DNA of 63,625 nucleotides, counting the filler, from Chiloscyllium plagiosum (lineage: Eukaryota), in assembly GCF_004010195.1 (NCBI RefSeq). It is 7 parts of 2 records of this genome, joined end to end, with 100 filler letters (N's around TTAATTAATTAA, not from the genome) between each part and the next. Parts side by side here need not be neighbours in the genome. Positions count along the whole stretch, not along the records: positions 29,813 to 52,681 come from NC_057715.1; 6 more parts are not named here. One strand, 5' to 3'. The notes under the pieces were generated by a model. That model was given only the letters and a program-made list of their open reading frames with translations. It was not told where the DNA came from and did not search any database. Shown piece after piece: positions 35,701-49,689 of the stretch (within the stretch, counting starts at the first letter, position 1; each line of letters begins with the position of its first letter). Position numbers and translations under genes: made by a program.

Positions 35701-38700
35701 TCCAAAGATATGTAGGTCAGGTGAATTGGTCATGCTCAATTGCCCATAGTGTTAGGTACATTAGTCAGAGGGAAATAGGTCTGGGCAGGTTACTCTTCGG
35801 AGGATCAGTGTGGACTTGTTGGGCTAAAGGATCTGTATCCACACTGTAGGAAATCTAACCTAGTCTAATCTATCCAGAAGCTGGTGAGTGCTTTAAGGAC
35901 TTGAATTAGGTAAGCAGGTTTGGAGAGACGGACAGTGGCCTAAAGCAGTACTGTGCAGCCCTAAGCAATTGCAATAATTGCATAACTTAGCTAAATTTTA
36001 ATATAGATATAGGCGAATTAAACAATATTTATAAATGAGAGGGGAAAGATCTAAAAAGGGACCAAAGGGGCAACTTTTTCATGCAGAGGGCAGTGCATGT
36101 ATGGAATGAGTTGCCAAAGGAAGTGGAGGAGGCTGGTACAATTGCAACATTTAAAAGGCATCTAGATGGGTATATGTAGGAAGGGTTTGGAGGGATATGG
36201 GCCAAATGCTGGCAAATGGGACTAAATTAATTTAGGATATCCGGTCGGCATGGATGAGTTGGAACAAAGGATTGGTTTCCGTGCTGTACATCTCTGTGAC
36301 CTGCTCAGACATTCTAACCCAGAGGTAAGAATTCTACCAGTGCACCACAAGAGCCCCAGCAGGAATATTTCTGTAATTATGACCTGAGATGTTAAAGAAA
36401 ACACAATGAACACATCAGGGTAGCTGATGCTTTGCAGCTGTAGCATCTGAGAGCTATTGGACAGCCATGGCAATGACATCTCCATTAAATGTCTGTGGCT
36501 TACAAATATCAACACAGTTGATGAGCTCCAGACACTGCAATGCAGTCAGTTCAGGAAATGGTCATCTGTCAGTGGTGGTGTACTGATAATGTCACTGGAC
36601 TAGTAATCCAGATCCCCAGGCCAATGCTCCATGACAGGGGCAACACAGTGCCTCAGTGGTTAGCATTGTTGCCTCACAGTGACAGGTTCGATGCCAGCCT
36701 CGGGCAACCATTTGTGTGGAGTTTGCACATTCTCCCAGTGTCTGCGTGGGTTTCCTCCGGGAGCTCTAGTTTCCTCCCACAGTCCAAAGATTTGCAGATT
36801 AGGCGAATTGGCCATGCTAAATTGCTCAGAGTTCAGGGATGTGTATTTTAGGTGCATTAGTCAGGGGTAAATGTAGGGGAATGGGTCTGGGTGGCTTATT
36901 TTTTTGCAAGGTCTGTGGGGACTTGTTGGACCAAAGGGCCTGCTTCCACAATGTAGGGATTCTATGGACATAGGTTTGAATCGCATTTCAATGGTAAAAT
37001 TTTAGTTCAGTACAACATCTGGAACAAAATGCTGATCAAATGTTGACTGAGCAGCCACCATCGATTGTGGTGAAAGCTCAAATTGTTCACTAATCAGGGA
37101 AGGAAATCTGCCATCCTTACCCACCTGGTCAACATGTGATCCACACACACAGCAATATGGCTGACTCTTAACTGCAGTCTGAGCAATTAAGGAGGGGGGA
37201 ATAAATGCTGAACCCAGTCATAGATACCCGCATCACATGGATGAATTTTTAAAAAATTAGTCCTGTATAGAAGGGTGAGCCTGTGAGTAAGGCAGATGGG
37301 GAGATCACCAAGTTAAAAACTGAATAGCCTCAATCTCACGCTACCTAACAGGCGAGGGGACTGTGTGGACCTGAGTAGGCCATGCAGCAGAGTGGATGAG
37401 CAAAGTGACCACTGTACCATGATGCAGGGAACCAGTCAAATGAGGAGAAAGAAAGAATGTAGTGTAGTTAGCCTGGAGACGCTGAGGTAATGGTCAAGTC
37501 ACTGGGCTAGTAATCCACCGGCCCTGGCTAATACTCTGTGATAGAATACTGCCCACTTGCCTGGATGAGTGCAGCTCCAACAACACAAGAAACCTGACCC
37601 CATTCAGGACTAAGCAGCCCACTTGATTGGCACCACATCCACCACTAACTCTCAGTAACAGCAGTATATATTCTCGATTAGAAATTCACCAAGGCTCCTG
37701 TTCTTTTTTAAAAAAAGAAGCCTGAACAGTCTCCATTCAACAGCACCCTCCTCTACCTTAGCTCATTCTCACTTTGAGCAACTTCTACTTTAACCCGTCT
37801 CATTTTCTCCAAGTCAGAGACCCAATGGGCCCAGCTAAGACTATCTGTGGGTTTTGTGGATTATTCCTTATTCACGCCTCAACCACAATTCTTATCCTTT
37901 GATATACTGATGATGTCATCAGTATTGCTTCCTGCTCTCGCCCAGAATATATGAATAGGAAGCGTTTTGAGGGATATGGACCAAATGCTGGCAAATAGGA
38001 GAAGATTAATTTAGAATACTTGGTCAGCATGGATGAGTTGGACCACAGGGTCTGTTTCCGTGCTGTACATCTCTATGAACCTATCTGGACATATATTGGT
38101 TTCATCGGTTATAACTGAAAATGTGTTGCTGGAAAAGCGCAGCAGGTCAGGCAGCTTCCAAGGAACAGGAGAATCGACGTTTCGGGCAAAAGCCCTTCTT
38201 CTGCGCTTTTCCAGCAACACATTTTCAGCTCTGATCTCCAGCATCTGCAGTCCTCACTTTCTCCTTCACCGGTTACAAGACAGGCCTTGAAGTATTTATG
38301 TTGTGAAAAGCCATATCACCACTCTTCATTCAATCATCTTAGTATCCCATTTCATTAATTAATTGAGCCTAGCGTGTCTGCACTGGTTCTAATATTTCAT
38401 GCCAATCTCCTCCCTTTCCCCCATATTCCCACACATCATTTCTATTTGAGGCCAGTTAAAATTTTCCAGCAATTTGCTTTTGTTACTGATTTCCAGCATC
38501 TGCAGTGCTCTAGTTATACTTTGCAATTTGAGTGTTACTTTGATGTATGAAATGGAGATGGTGCAGGAAATCTTTATCTCTTCTATTGATCTCATTAAAG
38601 AGAATCTAGCTTTAAATATCAGCATTAAGTTTTCTTAAGCTACCAAGAGTTATAGAGGTCTACAGCCCAGAGTCTGCACTGGTCAAAAACAAGCAACTAA

Positions 38701-38739
38701 CTATTTTAATTTCTGACCTACTTAAAGACATAATGCAAA

Positions 38740-39635
38740 TTTAGGAGGTATGATTGGTAAGTTTGTCGATGACACAAAAATTGTTGTCGTGAGCAGTGAA
38801 GAAGACTATTTCAGAGTGCAATGGGACCATGATCAGATGGGCCAATGGGTCACAGTGTGGTAGATGGAATTTAATTGAGATAAAGATGAAGTATCGAATT
38901 TTGGAAAGGCAAATCAGGGAAGGATGTGTACACTTAATGGTAGGGGCTGGGGGTAAAGGTTCACAGTTCCTTGAAAGTAGAATTGCAGGTAGATAGGAGA
39001 GTGAAGAATGCATTTGGCACACTTGCCTCTTTTGGTCAAAAGAATGAGTATAGATTTGGGAAGTCATGTCACGATTGTGCAGAACATTGGTGAGGCCATG
39101 TTTAGAATACTGCATACAGTCTAGTTTCCCTGCTATGGGAGAATGCTGTTAAACCTGAAAGGATACAGGAAAGATTTACAAAGATGTTGCCAAGGTTGGA
39201 TAGTTTGAGCTATAGGGAGAGGCTGAACAGGCTGTGGCCATTTTCCCTGGAGCATCAGAGGCTGAGGGGTGACCATATCAAGATTTATAAATTCATAAGG
39301 GGCATGGATAGGGTAAATAGACAGCATTTTCCTGGGGTGGGAAAGTCAAAATCTACAGGGCATAGGCTTAAGGTGAGAAGCGGAAGATTTTAAAAAGGAC
39401 CTAAGGGGCAACCTTTTCAGGTAGTGGGTGGTGCGTTTAAGGAACAAGCTGGCAGAGGAAGTGATGGAGGCTGGCACAATTACAACATTTAAAAGGTATC
39501 TGGATGGAGGTTATAAATAGGAAGAGTTTAGAGGGATATGCGAAAAATGCTAACAAATGGAACTAGGTCAGATTGGGATGCCTGGTCAGTATGGATGAGT
39601 TGGGCCGAAGGGTCTATTTTCACGCTCTACGACTA
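38740..39635 (+). mobile_element. CR1 LINE 3' fragment
   Basis: Degenerate SKFVDDTK...LEYCIQ...RLRGD...3' UTR. Similar fragments at about 1075-1570(+), 3650-4070(+), 11900-12990(-), 29813-30365(+), 47150-47810(-), 62180-62454(-), 62555-62888(+). Confidence 0.8.
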
Positions 39636-40514
39636 TGAACTTTTACACTGTTTTTGTCCAAATAACTACCTAATGCCCCTTTTGAAAGCCTCATTTGAGT
39701 CTACCATCACATTTCCAGGCTGCATTCCCAGACACCAACTACTCACTGAAGGAATTTTATTTCCTCACATCACCTTTGCTTCATTTATACATCACTTTAA
39801 ATCTATGCCTCTCTTACTCTTTTCTCTCTTTTGAGCTGGAACAGCTTCTCATTATCTAGTCTATCCAGCCCATGCTGATTTTAAAAACCTCAATCAAATC
39901 TCCTCTCAGTCATCCTCTCTGCAAGGTGTACAGTTCCAGCTGCTTCAAAGTCTCATTGGTTCCAAGAAAGACATTTCAACATTCTTGCAAATCACTTCTG
40001 TACTGTCTCTAATGCACCTTTCCGAAAATGTGGCACAACTATACACAATCCTCCAGCTGAGTCTTGTACAAGTTCAGCATTACCTCCTTGCTCTTGTATT
40101 CTATGCCCCTATTAATGAAGCCCAGGCTCCTTTGTTAACCGTGGTCCCAGTCCTGTCCCCTTAAACAACCTGCACATTTAGAGACCTGGATGCCTCTGTC
40201 CTGCACCCCTTTTAGAATTATACTCCCTATTTTATATTGTCTTTCAATGTATTTCTCGAGTAAGGTCCAATGCTCACATTCCTTAATGCACCTTTTTCCT
40301 CTTTGCCACATGTATAAACTGGCACCAATCCTAATTGTTCAACACCTCCTAATGAGGACACCAGTTGTTCTAGTCCTGATGATTTGTCACAATCTTCTTG
40401 CATGTTGGAACAGGTTGAAAGGGCCAAATGGTCTCTTCAAGCCTCAGCTCCTGATGTTCTTATTTTCCCCAAGTAGTAAACACACAGCTAACTGCAGCAG
40501 GCACGAAATGCCTA

Positions 40515-40703
<189 letters not shown>

Positions 40704-43288
40704 TCATTTGATAAAAACAGTGTGCCACAAAGGATGGGGTGGGTGGCACCGTCCTACAAAAGAAAATCAAACAAATCCATCAATGGGAAGAAATAGAATA
40801 TCAGGGTTGGCCCCAGTTTCTGGATAATTCCTGGGATGGCAAGACATATAATCATCAGTTAGGATTATATGCACTGGAGTTTAGAAGAATGAAGTGGGGG
40901 GTGGAATCTTATAGAAATGTGTAATTCTAACAGGACTAATCAGGGTAAATGCAAGAAGGATGCTCCTGATGACTGTAGACCAGGGGGACCATGGTGTAAG
41001 GACAAGCGGTAGATCGTTTAGGACTGAGATGAGGAGAAATGTGTTCACCCAGAGAGTGGGGAACCTGTGGAATTTTCTGTACAGAAAACAACTCTGACCA
41101 AAACATTGAATATTTTCAAGGAGGAGTAAGACATAGCACTTGGAGCTAAAGGGATCAAAGCGTATGGGGAGAAGCAGGAAGATGATAGTGAGTTGCATAA
41201 TCAGCTATGATCATACTGAATGGTGGCGCAGACTTGAAGGGCTGAATGGTCTATCCCTGCTCCCATTTTCTATGTTTCCATTCTGCAGGAGTGCCAGAGC
41301 TAATGAAGCTGCCTCAATTTATGAAGTGCCAATAAACCGGAGAGCTCTGTTTTTGATAGGATTGCTACATTTGAAATTTTGTTCTGCTATGATATTATTA
41401 GGAAGAAGCTTTATGTTTACTGTTGGTAGAGGACTGTAGTTTTGAAGCACTGTGGAAGATGGAACTTATTTCAAATTTTGTAGCCATACCTGGAGTGGTG
41501 TCTTTAGGTTCATCAAGAACATTGGAGATTTACATAATCAGGCATCCTGGAAAGCACATAACTACTGATAGCTTGCTGTCAAACCTGGAGGAGCTGTTAG
41601 TTCAAAAGTGACTGACCTGGGGAAATTCTAATTTTATTAGAGGAGGAGAGCACTGATCACTTTTGTCCCATTGTTCTACAGACCACACCACAAAACTAAA
41701 ATACTTTACCAAGAATTCGCAAGGTCATTAGCTAAATTCTTCATTGATATCAGGTTTAAACAAAAGATCTCTCAGTTAGGTTTCTTATTAAGAAAAATCA
41801 TTTATCAAAATTATTTAATAAAAATGCAATAATTGGTTAACATACACTGTCAGTATACAGCTATAAAACATCACTTTGGCTACAGGCTTACAGGAATATG
41901 GTGGGGGTAAAAGGTATTGTAGTGATTGAAAAGCCACGATCATATTGAATGGCATGGCAGGTTCAGTGGGATGGTCTACTCCTGTTCGTATTTTCAACAG
42001 GTTATTCTTGAAGGCAAAATGATTTATTGTTCTAGAGTCTCTTGCTGTGATTTCCTGGCACATGTGGTCAATTCACTATTCACGCATGGTTGTTTTTTGA
42101 AGTCTTGGCAGATACAGTTAGCTCAGGAAATACAATCTTCAGATGCTCCTTCCAACATACTTTCAAATTAACAAATAGATGTCACCCTGGACTGATGGAG
42201 AGGTTTTTCTTTTCAGAAATAGCAGGGATCAGCTTGGCAGATCCTGCAATGTAAGTCTTCCTTAACTCAATTGGTGCTTAGACTTTTCTTCAACTGAACC
42301 AGTGTTAATGTGGAGAGGGTTCAGAAGAAATTTACCAGAATTTGACAGGTAAGAAAGGTTTGAGTTATAAAGAAAGGCTGGATAGGCTGAGACTTTTCTC
42401 ATTGGAGCGTAGGAGGTTGAGAGCTGACCTTATACAGGTTCATACAATCATGACATAGGGTTAATGGTAGGTGTCTTTTCCCTAGAATGGCGAATTTCAA
42501 GAAAAGACAGCATATTTTTAAGGTGAGAGGAGAAAGATTTAAAAAAAAAAGACACAAGGCACAAATATTTTTTGCACAGAGGGTGGTTCGCATGTGCAAT
42601 GAACTTCCTGAGGGGCGTGGTAGATGTGAGCAGTTAGTGTTTAAACGACTTGTAGGTAAGTACATGAATAGGAAACGTTTGGGGGGGATGTGGGCCAGAT
42701 TAAGGCAGTTGGGACTAGTTTCATTTGGGATTATGTTTGGCACAGATTGATTGGACTGAAGGATCTGTATGATTCTACGAACAGCCCCTTCACGCTTGAC
42801 ATCAAGCTATCAACAGTCATGTCCTTTCCAGGATGCATTCTTAGATAAATCCCCCATGTTTGTGGAAAAGTTTTAACAACCTATTTTAAAGATACCACTC
42901 AATCATAACTATATCCACCTAGTATGCCATAGATTGCAAAGATGGAAACCACTGAGCTTAAATTGCCCATGTTTCAGTCATACAAGATGTTGAGAAAATA
43001 GACCTTATGGACCAACAACTTGATGTTTATGTGTGTTTCCTAAGTTCACCCTTGGTTGCAGCTGTTTTCCCTACATATGTATCAGACCCTGCACAAGGGA
43101 CAGATTGACAGTCACTGTGAACCTGAGATAACACAGCTTGCTCACCACTCCAGTGGGATGTTACTCAGTGATCATGACACCGCGTCCATGACTCATATCA
43201 CAGGACAAGATACAGACATTGTAAAGACAGTTTGCGTGCCATAATCTTGCAAACATGTGGTAATGGCCACACAGTCCAAAGGACAATA

Positions 43289-43530
43289 GTTAAAAATCAC
43301 ACAGCACCAGGTTATAGTCCAACAGGTTTAACTGGAAGCACACTAGCTTTCGGAGCATCGCTCCTTCATCAGGTGATAGAGGAGGGCTCAATCCTTACAC
43401 AGAATTTATTAAGGATTTATTTAGGATTGAGCCCTCCACTATTACCTGATGAAGGAGCGATGCTTCAAAAGCTAGTCTGCTTCCAATTAAACCTGTTGGA
43501 CTATAACCTGGTGTTGTGTGATTTTTAACT
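43289..43530. mobile_element. Palindromic PLE-derived element with two inverted hammerhead-bearing arms
   Basis: 43289-43394 is the reverse complement of 43425-43530. Minus-strand CAC-CTGATGA-AGGAGCgatGCTCC-GAAAG-CTA-GTG at 43341-43375. Confidence 0.8.
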
Positions 43531-43851
43531 TTGTACACCCCAGTCCAACATCAGCAGCTCCAAATCAAAGGACAATATTTTGTTATTCCAATAAACTGCC
43601 TTAGTCAACCTTCTTAGATAACTTGCACATTCCTGAAATTTGCTCTTTGTAATCCAACCTTGACTGTGAGATGAAATCCTTTTATTTTTAACTTTGTACA
43701 CCCCAGTCCAACACCGACATCTCCAAATCAAAGGACAATATTTTGTTATTCCAATAAACTGTCTTAGTCAACCTTCTTAGATAACTTGCACATTCCTGAA
43801 ATTTGCTCTTTGTAATCCAACCTTGACTGTGAGATGAAATCCTTTTATTTT
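43521..43851. repeat. 163-bp direct tandem duplication
   Basis: ATTTTTAACTTTGTACACCCC starts at 43521 and 43684, with a few substitutions between copies. Confidence 0.92.
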
Positions 43852-45734
43852 GTACTGGCCAAAGCAGCAATTCTATTTTTGGAACAGAATTCCCAAGAGT
43901 TGTTTAAGTAGCAACATTCAATTTTATCCAACCAGAGGAGGGAGTCTTATTTTTGAGGTTTTCATTTGGTTATTCAGGAGACTTCAGCGATTACTGAATA
44001 GAAACGCAAAAGTTACTAGTGGCGAGTGGGACGAGGAAAAGAAATAAGAGATAGGGAGAGATATAGGTTCCACATTTTTGTTAGGTCCACTGCTGGGAAG
44101 GAATTAAATCAACATGTGTTGTGAGTGGGGTCTTCATGAGGAGTTGAATGACTGTTGTCAGAACTCAGGGACAGGCACTAGGAGTGAGTATGTAGCTAAG
44201 TACTGAAGTGGGGGGGTGGTGGTCACCAAAATGGGAAGGTCACTGGTTTACACTGAGGAGCTCAGAGGAAGTCTGTGAGCATTATCACTTCATTGCAGGT
44301 GAGACAATGACTGTTCAATAGCTCACAAGCATTATTTGCTTGATGCAATGGAGTAAGATTGATTGAAACTCTGAGCAAAGCCAGGGACAGGACTGGTTAG
44401 GCGAGGCCAGCTTTCGGAGAACAGCCGGAGTCACACTTGCGAGTGAGCACTGCAGTGCGCTTTCAGAGATTAGGGGAGTGTAGATCCAGACAAAGAGGGT
44501 AACTGACCAGAATGGAAGCAGATAAAACATTAGAGCAGAAGCTTTAAGGCTAAATCAGCAGACGAGAACAACTGGAATCCCTTATTGTGTTTATTGTGAT
44601 TTGATAACCTGTGTTATTAATATTTGGTAGTAGCTACTGAGGAATCCATGCCGTTTGATGTTGCTATGGGGTGCTTGATCACAGTTGACTACCCATACCT
44701 ACCACATCTACGCTGGGAAAAAGAAGTGAACAGTATATGTTGCAGATTGTGTAATTGTTCCAAATCATGTAGTAAAATTTAGTGCTGCATCTTCAACAAT
44801 CTCCCTAGGACCCTGGGACTCTTATTGTATCTACTTTAAAAAAAAGATCAGTTTCTAGCCTGATAGCTATATACATTTGGACATTCTGGTCAGGATAGAA
44901 TCATAGAATCCTTACGGTACAAAGACAGCAACCATTTGGCCCATCAAGTCTGTTCGGACCCTCCAAAGAGCATTCCACCATATGCCTGTAACCCTGCATT
45001 TAGCATGGCCAATCCACCTAACGCGCACACCTTTGGACTAAGAGAGGAAAGCGGAGCAGCCAGAGAAACCCCACGTAGACACAGAGAATGTGCAAAATTC
45101 ACGCAGACAGTCGCCTAAAAGTGGAATTGAATTCGGCTCCCTGACACCGTGAAGCTGCAGTGCTAATCACTCAGCCACTGTACTACCCACTGCAATTGGA
45201 TTGTAACTGCAGCTTATAGCTAAATATCCAGGTTTTTTTTTTGGGTGTACTGTCACACACCATTTTGTCCCTTTGAGTGCAGTGGGAAGTACTGAATGAA
45301 ATGCCAGGCTGATTATCCAGGTCATGGACACAAGTTTCTTGGCCAAAAGATCCTGGGTTGGGACTTCAATCCAGAGCTTCTGGCCCTGAGTTTGGGATGC
45401 TATCCAGAGTCTCTGTATTGAATATCAGTAACAATAAGATCAATAGGTAGAAGCCACAAATCATCAATATCCATCTGGGAACAATTCAAAGCAGATAAGT
45501 TTATAACACTGTTCAAACAATTACAGATCAACATAAAGCTAGACATAAGAGTAAAGCCTCCTCTACACAGCCCCAATCAAATATCCCCAGCAGAAGGAGA
45601 GCACAAGGTTAGATGCAGAGTAAAGCTCTCTCACTGTCCCCAATCCAACACTCTCAGGACACAACACAATTTGACAGAGCTCTCTTCACAAAACTCATTT
45701 ATTTGACTTCTGAACAAGTGTGAAGTGCATCTCA

Positions 45735-45995
<261 letters not shown>

Positions 45996-48018
45996 TCACA
46001 AATGTATAACTGAACATGTAAAAGATCCCACAACCACTAATTTGAAGACCAGGGACTTTTTTCTATTGCTCCTTAGAGACTCGGGTGTCACTGACAAGGC
46101 CATCCCTAATGACCCTTGAACTGAATGGTTTGCTGGGGCCATTAAGAGCCACCAACTTGTTTGGGTATGGAGACACATGGAGGCCAGACCAGGCATGAAC
46201 TACAGATTTCCTTCCCTAAAGCCATGTGTAACAGTCTTCGAAGGATTGTCAGGGCCAGTGCTGAGACACCAAATCACCCTGGCAGGAGGGCTTAGAATAC
46301 AAGGACACAGTATCAGAGTATAGGGCTCCCCTAATTGTATAGTGCTGAGGAGGAATTCTTTCTCTCAGAGAGTGAGGGAAATTCTCTAGCCCAGATGACT
46401 CAGATATTGAGTACATCAAAAGGCAATTAAAAGACAGGTCCAGGATCATTATCACGACACCCATCTCTCATTAATTGTGGTATACCAGGAAAATGGAAGT
46501 AAACCAAATGAAACTTTGGCAGTTTTATTTACCCAACAACCCCCACACCAGGTCAGCAGCTAGGAAACAGAGGGCCCACAATGTGCCAGAGAAATATCAG
46601 TTAAAACATGTTGCAAAAAAACAGTTTTTAAAGTTACTTCCTGGATTATCCAAAGAGCTCCTGAAAGTGGTACTTCTCTGTTTGGTGTATTATCAACCCG
46701 CTGTTCCCAGATACAAAGGAGCAAGCAAATTCAAGGTCAGTCCAATCTGCACACAGAACCTGGTCTTGACGCTTATTACCCACCAGTTTGCAAAAGCTGA
46801 TGACAGTAAATCAGCTTCACTGCCCTATCAACTAAATATGCTGACATCAAGATCTCCCTTATCAGCTCGTTAAAACATGTAAACAGAAAAACAAAGGGCC
46901 AAGTGCAGATTCAAATGAGAGGAGAGATAGTGAAGAAGCTATAGGAAAGATTAAAAAAAATGTTGAATAAACATGTTGCACCGATAATGGTGTGGGCGGT
47001 TGATGGGTATGTAGTGGGCAGGGAGGGGGGCATTCCTGGTGTGGGGAATGAGGAAAGGGAGGGGACTGGATTGGAGTGCGAAACTGACAGATGTATTCAT
47101 TCCGTGTTCATATTCAGCTGTTGCTGGCCCCAGGAACAGTGCTGCTCCCAATAGCTCAAATCCTCCAACCCTAGCAACATCCTTGTAAATCTTTTCTGAA
47201 CCCTTTCACAACATTGTCCTGATAGGAAGGAGACCAGAACTGCATGCAGTATTCCAAAAGTGGTCTAACCAATGTCCTGTACAGCCGCAACATGACCTCC
47301 CAACTCCTGCACTCACTACTCTGACCAATAAAGGAAAGCATACCAAACGCCTTCTTCACTATCCTATCTACCTGCGACTCTACTTTCAAGGAGTTATGAA
47401 CCTGCACTCCAAGATCTCTTTGTTCAGCAGCACTCCCCAGGATCTTACCATTAAGTGTATAAGTCCTGCTAAGATTTGCTTTCCCAAAATGCAGCACCTC
47501 GCAGTTATCTAAATTAAACTCCATTTGCCACTCCTCAGCCCATTCGCCCATCTGATCAAGATCACATTGTAATCTGAGGTAACTCCTTTGCTGTCCACTA
47601 CACCTCCAATTTTGGTGTCATCTGCAAACTTACTAACTGTACCTCTTATGCTCACATCCAAATCATTTATGTAAATGATGAAAAGTAGTGGACCCAGCAC
47701 TGATCCTTGTGGCACTCCACTGGTCACAGGCCTCCAGTCTGAAAAGCAACCCTCCACCACCATCCTGTGGCCTTTGAGCCAGTTCTGTATCTAAATGGCT
47801 AGTTCTCCCTGAATCCCAGATCTAATTGTGCTGTAAATTGACCCACAATCCTGTCAGGGAGACAGTTTCAAGATTTTGATCTAGTGACACTGCAGGAACA
47901 GCAATATATTTCCAAGGCAGGATGGTGAGTGGCTGGGTGGAGAACTTGCAGGGGGCAGTGTTCCCACATATCTGCTGTCCTTGTCCTTCGAGATGGAAAC
48001 GGTCATGAGTGAAGACGG

Positions 48019-48912
48019 AACCTTCGCATAAACCAAATTATCCGCCGACATTTCCACCACCTCCAAAAAGACCCCACCACCAGGGATATATTTCCCTCCC
48101 CACCCCTTTCCGCCTTCCGCAAAGACCGTTCCCTCTGTGACTACCTGGTCAGGTCCACGCCCCCCTACAACCCACCCTCCCATCCTGGCACTTTCCCCTG
48201 CCATCGCAGGAACTGTAAAACCTGCGCCCACACCTCCTCCCTCACCTCTATCCAAGGCCCCAAAGTAGCCTTCCACATCCAAAGTTTTACCTGCACATCC
48301 ACTAATATCATTTATTGTATCCGTTGCTCCCAAAGCGGTCTCCTCTACATTGGGAGACTGGGCGCCTCCTAGCAGAGAGCTTTAGGGAACATCTCCGGGA
48401 CACCCGCACCAATCAACCACGCCACCCCGTGGCCCAACATTTCAACTCCCCCTCCCACTCTGCCGAGGACATGGAGGTCCTGGGCCTCCTTCACCGCCGC
48501 TCCCTCACCACCAGACGCCTGGAGGAAGAACGCCTCATCTTCCGCCTCGGAACACTTCAACCCCAGGGCAACAATCTGAACTTCAACAGCTACCACATTT
48601 CCCCTTCCCCCACCTCATCCTAATTCCAAACTTCCAGCTCAGCACTGTCCCCATGACTTGCCCTACCTGCCTATCTTCTTTTCCACCTATCCACTCCACC
48701 CTCTCCTCCCTGACCTATCACCTTCATCCCCTCCCCCATTCACCCATTGTACTCTATGCTACTTACTTCCCATCCCCACCCTCCTCTAGCTTATCTTTCC
48801 ACGCTTCAGGCTCACTGCCTTTATTCCTGAAGGGCTTTTGCCCGAAATGTCGATTTCGCCTGCCTTGGATGCTGCCTGAACTGCTGTGCTCTTCCAGCAC
48901 CACTAATCCAGA
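48019..48912 (+). mobile_element. Penelope-like element (Neptune-type) 3' fragment
   Basis: Frameshifted PGTFPCHRRNCKTC...NIIYCIRCSQSGLLYIGETGR...FREH...VAQHFNSPSH (Cys knuckle + GIY-YIG), then a hammerhead with a deleted core at ~48826. Related ends at 11390-11650, 17056-17355(-), 52782-53120, 62885-63435(-). Confidence 0.85.
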
Positions 48913-49217
48913 ATTTGGAAGATGCTGTCAGGGGAGCCTTGGTGAACCTCTGCAGTGCATCTTGTAGATGGCAAACACTGTTGCTTCTGAGCATTGGTGG
49001 AGGAAGGACTCTTTATAAGGAGTGCTGTTTAAATACAAATTGCTTTTCAGGGAGAGGGAATTGAAGAACAGACAGCGAGACCTCACATGCCTACAATGTC
49101 ACTCTTTGAAACCAGTGACTGTCTCCTATCAGCATCAGTCTTGCCAGACCTCAGACATTTGGGGGCTGGGGAGGCTGGAAAAGCAGATACTAGCCAGTCC
49201 TCATGCCTTGCTGTTAC

Positions 49218-49343
49218 CTGTTTGTAGAGACTTCCCTCAAATCCTGGCTTTTCCTTGTGGTGTTTTGCACTCATACAAATATTGAGAATATCCTCGGCAG
49301 CTGTCACTGACAGAGTCAGCCCCAGAACAAACACAGCCAGCAT
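49218..49343 (-). CDS. FOLR: Folate receptor coding exon 1: signal peptide MLAVFVLGLTLSVTA + EDILNICMSAKHHKEKPGFEGSLYKQ
   Basis: ATG at 49343 is preceded by acceptor ttgcag|GAGG (exon start 49347). Donor is CAG|gtaaca. The four exons sum to 744 nt = 247 aa + stop. Confidence 0.93.
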
Positions 49344-49689
49344 CCTCCTGCAAAGATATGGAACGTAGGAGAAGCAAATGAAAAAGAACAAAGAACAACA
49401 CAGGAACAGGCCCTTCTGCCCTCCAAGCCAGATGAATTAATGATAAATCCTACAATAACAGCAAAATATTTTGGAAGCTGGAAATCTGAAAACCAGAAAA
49501 CATGCCAGGTAACTCTCAGCTGGTCAGGCAGTAGTGCCAACTTGTATTTACACAGTACTTGTGACATAATGAGGGGAGGTAGTGGCATCGTGGTTATGTC
49601 TCTAGACTATTCCTTTACAACTTTATGTTCTCCCGACTTACTAAGTTTGTCATCAAGAATGGTGATTTTAAATAAGGACAATATTAGTA

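Noticed and set aside
49636..49673. GTAAGT donor and TATTTAAA on the minus strand as the FOLR 5' UTR exon and promoter
   Set aside because: The TATA-like box is only about 25 nt from the donor, leaving no room for an exon. It is unsupported without transcripts.
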